64,000 bases of DNA from Chloroflexota bacterium. GTDB lineage: Bacteria; Chloroflexota; Dehalococcoidia; Lucifugimonadales; Lucifugimonadaceae. Below are positions 50,832 to 59,383 of this stretch, piece after piece. The notes beneath the pieces were generated by a model. That model was given only the letters and a program-made list of their open reading frames with translations. It was not told the DNA's origin and ran no database searches. How positions within the stretch are numbered: position 1 is the stretch's first letter; the number at the start of each line of letters is the position of its first letter. Both the position numbers and the translations under genes were made by a program. The stretch covers positions 1 to 64,000 of the forward strand of contig PBHC01000005.1 of NCBI GenBank assembly GCA_002719295.1, written 5' to 3'.

Positions 50832-51125
50832 TTATTGCCAGAATCTTGGATAAATTCTTTCTAGCACTGGATATATATTGAAAAAAGCCAACAGGAAGAA
50901 TGTAATAATTGATGCTAATCCGATAAATCCAATAATATAAAGTATTGGTCTAAGTTTATTAAACTTATTGCTTATAGTTTTTGAATCTACAGCAGATGGG
51001 ATAATTGCATGTGCTACTAATAAAATAGGACCAGTTAAAATAGCTGATACTAGTGCTAACGTTAAGAACGTTATTGTTCTAGCTATTTCGCTCCACTCTC
51101 CAGCTGTGGGTGCAAACGGATCCAA
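50832..51125 (-). CDS. Small two-TM protein, first gene of the ACIII operon
   Basis: TTG start after AGGAGG; two hydrophobic helices. Confidence 0.75.
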   Translation of the reverse strand: MDPFAPTAGEWSEIARTITFLTLALVSAILTGPILLVAHAIIPSAVDSKTISNKFNKLRPILYIIGFIGLASIITFFLLAFFNIYPVLERIYPRFWQ

Positions 51126-51284
51126 AGTAATAGCCCTCCTGATGTTTTTTCTGAATTACATTAATCTTAGATCATTCTACTATTTTTTTCTTTAAAAGGG
51201 ACCTTATTTTTATGCAAATATTTTAATTTAATTGCAATATTCTTTTAAAGGATTTTAAATTTATATATTTTTGAAAGGGATGTT

Positions 51285-52280
51285 TTGATTAATAAAGACA
51301 AATTGATATGGATTTATGAGACTATGTGTAGGATAAGACTTTTTGAAGAATCTATGCTTGAACAAACTTATAAAGGCAATTCTATGGGAGTCACTCATCC
51401 TTCAGATGGACAGGAAGCTGTTCCCACTGGAATATGTGCTCATTTAACAGAAAAAGACTGGATAGGGTCTACTCATAGAGGACATGGGCATTGCATTGCA
51501 AAAGGACTTGAAACAGATAAAATGATGGCAGAAATCATGGGGAAATATACGGGAAACTGCAAAGGCAAAGGCGGATCTATGCATATAGCTGATTTTTCTA
51601 AAGGAATGCTTGGAGCAAATGCTATAGTAGGAGCTTCTATTCCTTTAGCAGTCGGAGCTGCATTAACTGCTAAATATCAAGGAAAAGAAAAAGATTCTAT
51701 AGGTGTTGCATTTTTCGGTGACGGAGCCTCCTCTCAAGGAGTCTTGCATGAATCTATGAATTTAGCTTCTATTTGGAAATTACCTGTTATTTTTGCTTGC
51801 GAAAATAACCAATATGCAGAAGCTACACCTTCTTGGTATGCAGTTTCAGTTGAAGACATAGCTGATAGAGCAGCATCATATAACATTCCAGGTGTAATTG
51901 TTGATGGAATGGATGTTTTTCAAGTATATGAAGCAGCTGAAGAAGCCGTGTCTAGAGCTAGAAAAGGTTTAGGACCTACTCTTTTAGAGTTGAAAACATA
52001 TAGATACCATGGCCATTTTCATGCCGATCAGCCTGAAAAATATAGAACAGAAGCTGAAGAAAAAGTTTGGAAAAATAAAGATTGTATTAAAAGCTTTGAA
52101 AAAAAAGTCCTTGATCAAAAATTAATGACTAAAACAGAATTGAATACATTGAAAAAAAATATAGAAAAAGAAATAGAAAATGCAGTTGAGTTTGGACTTT
52201 CAAGTCCACTCCCACCCACTGAGACATTATACGAAGATGTATACGTAAATTATTCAAATGACTTAAAAGGATTAAGATAA
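51285..52280 (+). CDS. TPP-dependent dehydrogenase E1 alpha (AcoA/PdhA-like)
   Basis: STHRGHGH, GKGGSMH, FFGDGA...ENNQYA, TYRYHGH. Confidence 0.92.
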   Translation: MINKDKLIWIYETMCRIRLFEESMLEQTYKGNSMGVTHPSDGQEAVPTGICAHLTEKDWIGSTHRGHGHCIAKGLETDKMMAEIMGKYTGNCKGKGGSMHIADFSKGMLGANAIVGASIPLAVGAALTAKYQGKEKDSIGVAFFGDGASSQGVLHESMNLASIWKLPVIFACENNQYAEATPSWYAVSVEDIADRAASYNIPGVIVDGMDVFQVYEAAEEAVSRARKGLGPTLLELKTYRYHGHFHADQPEKYRTEAEEKVWKNKDCIKSFEKKVLDQKLMTKTELNTLKKNIEKEIENAVEFGLSSPLPPTETLYEDVYVNYSNDLKGLR

Positions 52281-52299
52281 TACTATTCAAGAGGAAATT

Positions 52300-53361
52300 A
52301 TGACTATAAATAACCTAAATGGATTAGGTCCTGGATTTGATGTAAAGGGATCTGAAATGAGATACAGAGATGCTTTTAATAACACGCTGAGATCAGAGCT
52401 TGAACATGATGAAAATGTGCTTATAATTGGAGAGGATATTTCAGGAGGATTTGATAAAAAAACTAAAGAGCCATTAGATGCTTGGGGCGGACCATTTGCT
52501 GCTACAAAAGGTCTTGTTCAAGATTTTGGTGTAGAAAGAATAATGGATGCTCCAATTTCTGAAGCTGGGTTTGTAGGGGCAGCTATAGGAGCTGCTTTGA
52601 CTGGTTTAAGACCAGTAGTAGATCTAATGTATTTTGATTTTACTACTGTAGCATTTGACCAATTGTTATCAAATGCTGCTAAGAGTAGATATATGTTTGG
52701 AGGGCAAACTAAAGTCCCTCTTACTCTTTTTGCAAGATCTGGGGGGGGTACTGGACATGCAGCTCAACACTCTAGCGCTTTTTATTCAATCTTAGCCCAT
52801 ATTCCTGGATTAAAAGTCGTTACTCCTTCAGACCCTTATTCAGTCAAAGGATTACTATCTGCAGCTATAAGGGATGATGATCCCGTATTTGTTGTAAATG
52901 ATAAAAAATTGATTAATATGACAGGATTTGTACCAGATGAAGATTATCAAATAGATCTAGGAAAAGGAAGGTACACTAAAGAAGGAAGCGATATAACTTT
53001 AGTTGGAATGAGCTATACTTCTATTGTTTGTAAAGAAGCTTCAGAAAAATTAGAAAAAATAGGTGTAAATGCAGAGGTTATAGATCTTTTATCTTTATCT
53101 CCATTAGATGAACAAATTGTTATTGATTCTGTAAAGAAAACCAATAGGATCGTAATAGTTGATGAAGATAATCCAAGGGCAAGTATTGCTAGTGAAATTG
53201 CTGCGGTTGTATCAGATAAGGCTTTTGATTATTTAGATGCTCCAGTCAAAAGAGTAACAGCTCCTCACACGCCAGTTCCATATAGTAAAGGCTTGGAAGA
53301 TGAATTCATGCCAGATAGTAATGATGTTTTTGAAACTGTCAAAAAATTATTAGATATTTGA
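52300..53361 (+). CDS. TPP-dependent dehydrogenase E1 beta (AcoB/PdhB-like)
   Basis: GEDI, DAPISEAG, AAQHS, LDAPVKRV. Confidence 0.92.
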   Translation: MTINNLNGLGPGFDVKGSEMRYRDAFNNTLRSELEHDENVLIIGEDISGGFDKKTKEPLDAWGGPFAATKGLVQDFGVERIMDAPISEAGFVGAAIGAALTGLRPVVDLMYFDFTTVAFDQLLSNAAKSRYMFGGQTKVPLTLFARSGGGTGHAAQHSSAFYSILAHIPGLKVVTPSDPYSVKGLLSAAIRDDDPVFVVNDKKLINMTGFVPDEDYQIDLGKGRYTKEGSDITLVGMSYTSIVCKEASEKLEKIGVNAEVIDLLSLSPLDEQIVIDSVKKTNRIVIVDEDNPRASIASEIAAVVSDKAFDYLDAPVKRVTAPHTPVPYSKGLEDEFMPDSNDVFETVKKLLDI

Positions 53362-53700
53362 TTTTTTTATTTCTTCAATTAGTTCTTTTTTGGAATCACA
53401 AATAACAGCTTTGTCATTAATCGCGTAAGATAACAAACTGTTGTAAGGAAAGATTCCACTTTCATGTCCATCTGACCATAATGGTTGCAATGCATATTTT
53501 CCTACTATAAGATAATCAACTACTATTATGTCGTCTGGGACTTCAGTTACTTTCAATAGCTTTTTACCAGTTAATTCTTCCACACAATTAGCGCAGGCAC
53601 ATTGAAGTCTAAGATACTTATACGGATATATGCAAGAAATATCCTTTTGCCAAATAATTTCTAAGCCATCACTTAATCTATTTACAGCTTTTGGTTCCAT
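53350..53700 (-). CDS. DUF971 / GBBH N-terminal-like protein
   Basis: LRLQCACANC, VGKYAL..WSDGHESGIF. Confidence 0.85.
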   Translation of the reverse strand: MEPKAVNRLSDGLEIIWQKDISCIYPYKYLRLQCACANCVEELTGKKLLKVTEVPDDIIVVDYLIVGKYALQPLWSDGHESGIFPYNSLLSYAINDKAVICDSKKELIEEIKKSNI

Positions 53701-53800
53701 AAAATAATATGTTTCTAATATGATTTTCTAACATTTGAAATAATGTTACTGAAATTCTAAAAAAAAATTATACATAAAAAAATACATAATAGGTGAAAAA

Positions 53801-54862
53801 ATGAGCGATACTATAAAAGTTGGAATTGTTGGGGCTGGTGGAAATACTGTTTTGAAACATATCCCTCTTCTTCAAAAAATAGATGGAGTTGAAATTGTTT
53901 CTGTGGCTAATAGATCAATTAAGTCATCTAGTGCAGTAGCTTCACAATTTGAGATTAAGAATTATTATGATAATTGGCATGAAGTGGTATATGATAATGG
54001 GCTTGATGCAGTTGTAATTGGTACTTGGCCATATATGCACAAAAAACTTACTATTGAAGCTTTGCAATCTGGAAAACATGTATTATGCGAAGCTAGAATG
54101 TGTATGAACGCAGAAGAAGCTATGGAAATGTATGATTGCGCTCAAACATATTCTAATTTAGTTGCACAAATTGTTCCAGCGCCACACACCTTACCGATAG
54201 ATAAGACAATTATTAGGCTTATTTCATCAGGATATATAGGCGATTTAGTAAATCTTCGTGGAATGGTTACTGCAGGAAATGACTTTCCTAAAGAGAATCA
54301 AGAATTTCATTGGAGAAATAATAGAGACTTATCAGGAAACAATATAATGCAAATGGGTATTTGGTATGAAGCCATTATGAGATGGCTAGGTCCTGCAAAA
54401 TCTATCACAGCAAATGCTCAAACAATTATGAATCCTAGAGTAGATTATGATGGAAACTATGCTTACACTGATGTCCCTGATCATCTTGACGTACTTTGTG
54501 AAATGGTTAGTGGAGGAACAGCTAATTTACAATTTACTATGGTTTCAGGAATGGCTCCTGAGTCTGAAATGTGGATACATGGTACTAGAGGAACATTAGT
54601 AGTAAAAACTGAGACAACTGATGATCCTGGAGCTCCTGCATTAAAACTCTATGGTGCAGAACAAGGGCAAAAAAGATTAGAAGAAATAGAAGTTCCTAAT
54701 GAAGAGAAAGGTGCTTGGAGAGTAGAAGAAGAGTTTATAAATGCAATCAGAGGTGAAGAAATCATTACCCATACTAACTTTACAGATGGCGTAAAGTATA
54801 TGAAATTTACAGATGCTATTTTTGACTCGTATTCTACTGGACAAAAAATCTACTTAACCTAA
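53801..54862 (+). CDS. Gfo/Idh/MocA-family oxidoreductase
   Basis: VGIVGAG, DAVVIGTWPYMH, GKHVLCEARM. Confidence 0.9.
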   Translation: MSDTIKVGIVGAGGNTVLKHIPLLQKIDGVEIVSVANRSIKSSSAVASQFEIKNYYDNWHEVVYDNGLDAVVIGTWPYMHKKLTIEALQSGKHVLCEARMCMNAEEAMEMYDCAQTYSNLVAQIVPAPHTLPIDKTIIRLISSGYIGDLVNLRGMVTAGNDFPKENQEFHWRNNRDLSGNNIMQMGIWYEAIMRWLGPAKSITANAQTIMNPRVDYDGNYAYTDVPDHLDVLCEMVSGGTANLQFTMVSGMAPESEMWIHGTRGTLVVKTETTDDPGAPALKLYGAEQGQKRLEEIEVPNEEKGAWRVEEEFINAIRGEEIITHTNFTDGVKYMKFTDAIFDSYSTGQKIYLT

Positions 54863-54863
54863 T

Positions 54864-55628
54864 ATGAACAAAATTGACTTAAATGCTGATATCGGAGAAT
54901 CTTTTGGTTCATACAAGCTTGGCTATGATGAAGAGATAGTAAAATATATTTCATCTGCAAACATAGCTACTGGATTTCATGCAGGAGATCATAATTGGAT
55001 AAAAAAGACTGTTGATTTATCAAAAAAATACAATGTAGCTATAGGTGCTCATCCATCTTATCCTGATTTAGCAGGTTTTGGAAGAAGAGAAATGTCTATG
55101 TCTTCTGATGAAATAGAAAACTTAATTAAATATCAGGTTGGTGCTCTTATTGGATTTGTTGGCATAGAAAATATTGAACACGTAAAACCTCATGGGGCTT
55201 TGTATAATAAGGCAGTAAATGATTCAGTTACTGCAAAAGCTATAATCAATGCAATTAAATCTATTAGCGATAAACTTATACATGTTGTTTTGGCAGGATC
55301 GTTATGGGAAAAAATAGCATTAGATTCAGGAGTTAAGGTTTCTAGAGAGACTTTTGCTGATAGAGAATTTATGTCAGATGGAACTCTATGTCCTAGATCA
55401 ATTGATGGATCTGTAATAGAAGACTCAGAAAAAATAGTAAATAGAACGCTTAAGATGATTAAAGATAAAGAAGTTGATACTTTTGAAGGGGATAAGATTA
55501 AGATTGATTTCGATTCAATTTGTTTACATGGTGACACTGAAGGGGCAGTAGAAATTGCTAGAAGTATAAATAATTCATTTCAAAAAAACAATATAATCAT
55601 TACTTCTATGTCGAATGTTATTTTATGA
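54864..55628 (+). CDS. pxpA: 5-oxoprolinase subunit A (LamB/YcsF)
   Basis: DLNADIGES, SANIA.GFHAGD, GAHPSYPD..GFGRR, HVKPHGALYN, ICLHGD. Confidence 0.92.
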   Translation: MNKIDLNADIGESFGSYKLGYDEEIVKYISSANIATGFHAGDHNWIKKTVDLSKKYNVAIGAHPSYPDLAGFGRREMSMSSDEIENLIKYQVGALIGFVGIENIEHVKPHGALYNKAVNDSVTAKAIINAIKSISDKLIHVVLAGSLWEKIALDSGVKVSRETFADREFMSDGTLCPRSIDGSVIEDSEKIVNRTLKMIKDKEVDTFEGDKIKIDFDSICLHGDTEGAVEIARSINNSFQKNNIIITSMSNVIL

Positions 55629-56293
55629 AAAATTTTTTTGTTATAAATTTTCATGGTGACTCAACTTTAGTGATTAAACTTGGTGAAGAAATTGATATAA
55701 AAACTAATCAAATGCTTCATGAGATCGTTCATCTTCTAGAAATAGATTTAAAATTCAACGATTATATTGAAGATATTTACCCAACTTTTAATAGCATAAT
55801 TATTGATTATGATAATTTATTAATCGATTTTGAAAATTTAAAATCTCTGATTAATAAAAAGCTGTTATCTTTTATAAAAAAATATAAAACAGATTCTGAC
55901 GAGAAAAAAATTATAGAAGTTCCAGTAAAGTACGGAAGTGAAAATGGTCCTGACTTAAGTATGATGTCTGACAAACTTAAAATTTCTGAAGAAAAGATCA
56001 TAGAAATTCATACTTCTAGTTTATACAGAATATTTATGATAGGATTCATGCCAGGTTTTCCCTATTTAGGAGGACTAAGTAAAAAAATATCATTTCCAAG
56101 GCTTTCTACTCCTAGGATTTCTGTTCCAGCAGGCTCTGTTGGTATTGCAGGGATTCAAACAGGAATTTATCCTTTTGCATCACCAGGTGGTTGGAATATT
56201 ATTGGAAAAACTGAAAAAAAATTATTTGACATAAATTTAAATCCTCCAGCATTACTAGAGGCAGGAACAAATTTGAGATTTGTAAAAATATGA
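55625..56293 (+). CDS. pxpB: 5-oxoprolinase subunit B (KipI / CT_C_D domain)
   Basis: PVKYG...GPDL, IGFMPGFPYL, PR..PR..VPAGSVGIAG.QTGIYP..SPGGW.IIG. Confidence 0.9.
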   Translation: MKNFFVINFHGDSTLVIKLGEEIDIKTNQMLHEIVHLLEIDLKFNDYIEDIYPTFNSIIIDYDNLLIDFENLKSLINKKLLSFIKKYKTDSDEKKIIEVPVKYGSENGPDLSMMSDKLKISEEKIIEIHTSSLYRIFMIGFMPGFPYLGGLSKKISFPRLSTPRISVPAGSVGIAGIQTGIYPFASPGGWNIIGKTEKKLFDINLNPPALLEAGTNLRFVKI

Positions 56294-57330
56294 TAAAAGT
56301 TATAAATTCTGGAATACTTTCTAGCTTTCAAGATAAAGGTAGATATGGACAAAAAAAATTTGGGGTGTCTAAATCAGGATCTCTAGATTCTTTTTCTTTC
56401 GAGTTAGCTAATAGATTGACAGGGAATGACATTGACGAACCATGCATTGAAACTTTAGGAGGTTTTTCATGTGTTTTTTATATAGAATCTATAGTTTCAA
56501 TTACAGGGCCAATTGAGTTTTTTTCTGTAAATAATAGCTTCATTTATAAAACCAATTCTTCTATAAAGTTAAAATCTGGTGATAAATTAGATATTCCAAT
56601 TCCTCAAAAAGGGAATATTTTTTATTTATCAGTATCAGGGGGATTCAAAATTGATAAAATTTTAGATTCTTACTCATATCATCAACCTTCAAATATAACT
56701 AATAATTTTAAGATTTCCTCAGGTGATGAAATAGAATTAAATCCAACAAAACAACAAAATTTATTCGTTTCAGAAACCTCTTTTTTCGAAAAAAGAATAT
56801 TTAATAATGAAAAAATTAAGATTATTTATAATGAAGAATCTAGGTCTGACAAAATTAAAAACTTATTCGAAAATAATGAATTTACAATTTCTGATCAATT
56901 TAGCCGACAAGGGATTAGATTAATTGGAAATCCAATAAGTATATTTAAGGATCAAAATGAGATTTCTTCAGAAGTTTCTCCTGGTACAGTTCAACTTCCT
57001 CCAGATGGTCAACCGATTATATTATTAAATGATTCTCAAACTACTGGAGGGTATAAAAAAATAGGAGTTATCCCTAGGTTTGAATTGTCAAAATTATCTC
57101 AAAAACCGATTTCCTCTAGAATAAAATTTTCAGAGATTTCATTAAGTGATTCTATAAATGAATTTCGTGAAATGAGAACGGAATTTGATAATATCAATAT
57201 TTATAATTACATAAACAGAGTACTTGAAATAAATGGTAGATTGATTTCCGTTCAAATTTTAGAAAATAATAGTATAATGTCGATATCTGATAATGAGCAA
57301 TTTGACATAATCGAGGAAAATTTTGAATAA
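56290..57330 (+). CDS. pxpC: 5-oxoprolinase subunit C (KipA / CT_A_B domain) with C-terminal extension
   Basis: QDKGRYG...GV..SG.LD, ANRLTGN, SRQGIRL, GTVQLPPDGQPIILL.D.QTTGGY. Confidence 0.88.
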   Translation: MIKVINSGILSSFQDKGRYGQKKFGVSKSGSLDSFSFELANRLTGNDIDEPCIETLGGFSCVFYIESIVSITGPIEFFSVNNSFIYKTNSSIKLKSGDKLDIPIPQKGNIFYLSVSGGFKIDKILDSYSYHQPSNITNNFKISSGDEIELNPTKQQNLFVSETSFFEKRIFNNEKIKIIYNEESRSDKIKNLFENNEFTISDQFSRQGIRLIGNPISIFKDQNEISSEVSPGTVQLPPDGQPIILLNDSQTTGGYKKIGVIPRFELSKLSQKPISSRIKFSEISLSDSINEFREMRTEFDNINIYNYINRVLEINGRLISVQILENNSIMSISDNEQFDIIEENFE

Positions 57331-57700
57331 TTCTATATTAGATGGATTTAATTTATTTTGGATAGGTACAAGCGTAGTATTTTTAGTTTTAATAGTACTT
57401 TTGATATCAATAAAAATTCTAACTTTTTTTGAAAAAGAGTTTTTTCAAAAAGAATTAAAGAAAAGAAAGATTATTAATCATGAAAATGAAGATAATTTAA
57501 TAGATGTAGCTGCTGCCATTGCAGTTTCATTATTTAAAAAGAGTAAAATCCGAACTAATGAAATTGCTGCTGCTGTTGCTGTTTCAATGTATGAAAATAG
57601 CAAAAGTAAAACTATTATGAGTAATATAAATTCGTTCCAATCATCATGGATTACTATTAATAGATCAAGAATGATGAATAGAAAATCTAGAAGGATATAA
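57323..57700 (+). CDS. OadG/MmdD-like gamma/delta subunit of a Na+-translocating decarboxylase
   Basis: N-terminal TM G.SVVFLVLIVL, IAAAIA motifs, C-terminal S.W...R. Confidence 0.75.
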   Translation: MNNSILDGFNLFWIGTSVVFLVLIVLLISIKILTFFEKEFFQKELKKRKIINHENEDNLIDVAAAIAVSLFKKSKIRTNEIAAAVAVSMYENSKSKTIMSNINSFQSSWITINRSRMMNRKSRRI

Positions 57701-57701
57701 A

Positions 57702-58163
57702 TTGAGTAAATATAAATTAAATATTAATGGCCAACATTTCGATGTAGAAATCTTATCTGAAAATAATAGTTCTTATGAGGTGATGGTCAATGGTGAGATT
57801 CTGATGGTAAACAAAGATGTTGATTCACAAATTCCTATTTCAAAACCTACTATACCTCAACTTCCCAAAACAAAACCTTTGCAAACTTCTACTCCAAATT
57901 CTGAAAAAAAACAAGAATCTAAGATTGAATCCTTAGACTCTAAGGTAGAGGGGAATTCAATTAAGGCACTAATGCCAGGTAAAGTTTTAAAAGTTTTAGT
58001 TTCAGAAGGAGAAAGCGTTGAATCTGGGACTCCATTATTAGTTATTGAATCAATGAAAATGGAAAATATCATCTCTTCCACTAAATCCGGAAAGGTAAGT
58101 GCCGTTCATGTAAAAATTGATGATAATGTTCAGTATGATCAACCTTTAGTTGAAATAAATTAA
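57702..58163 (+). CDS. Biotin carboxyl carrier protein (MmdC/GcdC-like)
   Basis: N-terminal KLNING..FDVEI, Pro-rich linker, ALMPGKV, ESMKMEN biotin-lysine motif. Confidence 0.92.
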   Translation: MSKYKLNINGQHFDVEILSENNSSYEVMVNGEILMVNKDVDSQIPISKPTIPQLPKTKPLQTSTPNSEKKQESKIESLDSKVEGNSIKALMPGKVLKVLVSEGESVESGTPLLVIESMKMENIISSTKSGKVSAVHVKIDDNVQYDQPLVEIN

Positions 58164-58180
58164 ATCTTGAGAAAATATTT

Positions 58181-59380
58181 ATGATTGATTACATAGAACC
58201 ATTAATTGAAGGAATCAATGATTTAATTTCTAACCCCAAAATGATAATAATGTGGATTATTTCAGCTTTTCTTTATTATGTAGGTATTTATAAAAAGAAA
58301 GAACCTTTATTGTTGGTACCTATATCAACCGGAATTTTACTAGCAAATCTTCCTATGGGAGAATTGATTAGAATTGGAGGGAATGGAGAACCAGATGGGT
58401 TTCTAAGGATTTTTCAAAATATTGGTATGACAAATGATCTTCTTCCGTTATTAATATTTTTAGGGATGGGAGCTTTGACTGATTTTGAACCAGTTCTATC
58501 TAACCCTAAAACTTTACTTTTGGGTGCAGCTGCTCAAGTTGGAGTATTTGCAGCTTTGTTAGGAGCTTTATTTATAAGCCTAACTCCATTTTTTGATTTT
58601 GGTCTTCTAGAGGCGGCTTCTATAGGTATTATAGGGGGAGCTGATGGTCCTACTACAATATTCATTTCAACAAGAATGAGAGAATTGGGCAATTCTTTAC
58701 CTTTATATAATATGAGTGATATTGTGGGTGCAACTGCAGTTGCGGCATATTCTTATATGGCTTTAGTTCCTATAATTCAGCCTCCATTAATTAGACTTTT
58801 TACAACAAAAAATGAACGTAGAATTAGAATGGATTATTCAGAAAAGAAGATTTCTAAGAGAACTAAAATAATTTTTCCAATACTGACTATTTTAATAGTT
58901 AGTATTTTGGTTCCAGATGCATCTCCTCTTATTTCAATTATGATGTTTGGTAATATTTTGAGAGAATCAGGAGTTGTTGATAGATTGGCAAAAACTGCTC
59001 AAAATGAGTTAATGAATGTAGTTATAATTTTACTAGGATTATCAGTTGGTGCAACAATGCCTGCAAGTGTATTTTTGAAAGTAGAAACAATATCCATTTT
59101 TATTCTTGGATTAATCTCTTTTGTATTTGCTACTATTTCTGGGATTTTACTTGCAAAAGTGATGAACTTGTTCTTAAGTAAACCTATAAATCCAATGATT
59201 GGAGCTGCAGGAGTTTCCGCAGTACCTATGGCAGCAAGAGTAGTTCAAAATGAAGCATTTAAAGAAGATCCAAATAACTATATTCTGATGCATGCAATGG
59301 GTCCTAATATAGCAGGTGTTATTGGAACAGCTACAGTGGCTGGTGTTCTTTTAGCAGTTGTTCCACAATTGGTGGCATAA
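58181..59380 (+). CDS. Na+-translocating decarboxylase beta subunit (OadB/MmdB/GcdB family)
   Basis: EPLLLVPI, GALTDF, GAAAQ.G, IGIIGGADGPT, AAYSYMALVPIIQPP, GVSAVPMAARV, HAMGPN.AGVIG. Confidence 0.95.
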   Translation: MIDYIEPLIEGINDLISNPKMIIMWIISAFLYYVGIYKKKEPLLLVPISTGILLANLPMGELIRIGGNGEPDGFLRIFQNIGMTNDLLPLLIFLGMGALTDFEPVLSNPKTLLLGAAAQVGVFAALLGALFISLTPFFDFGLLEAASIGIIGGADGPTTIFISTRMRELGNSLPLYNMSDIVGATAVAAYSYMALVPIIQPPLIRLFTTKNERRIRMDYSEKKISKRTKIIFPILTILIVSILVPDASPLISIMMFGNILRESGVVDRLAKTAQNELMNVVIILLGLSVGATMPASVFLKVETISIFILGLISFVFATISGILLAKVMNLFLSKPINPMIGAAGVSAVPMAARVVQNEAFKEDPNNYILMHAMGPNIAGVIGTATVAGVLLAVVPQLVA

Positions 59381-59383
59381 ATA

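Noticed and set aside
50082..51125. Stop-codon readthrough or selenocysteine fusion of the 97-aa ORF with actA (same frame)
   Set aside because: The stop is TAA and a separate GGAG SD follows it, so re-initiation is the simpler explanation.
51126..51284. tRNA or small RNA in this and the other larger intergenic gaps
   Set aside because: No cloverleaf or GC-rich stems; consistent with divergent promoter DNA.
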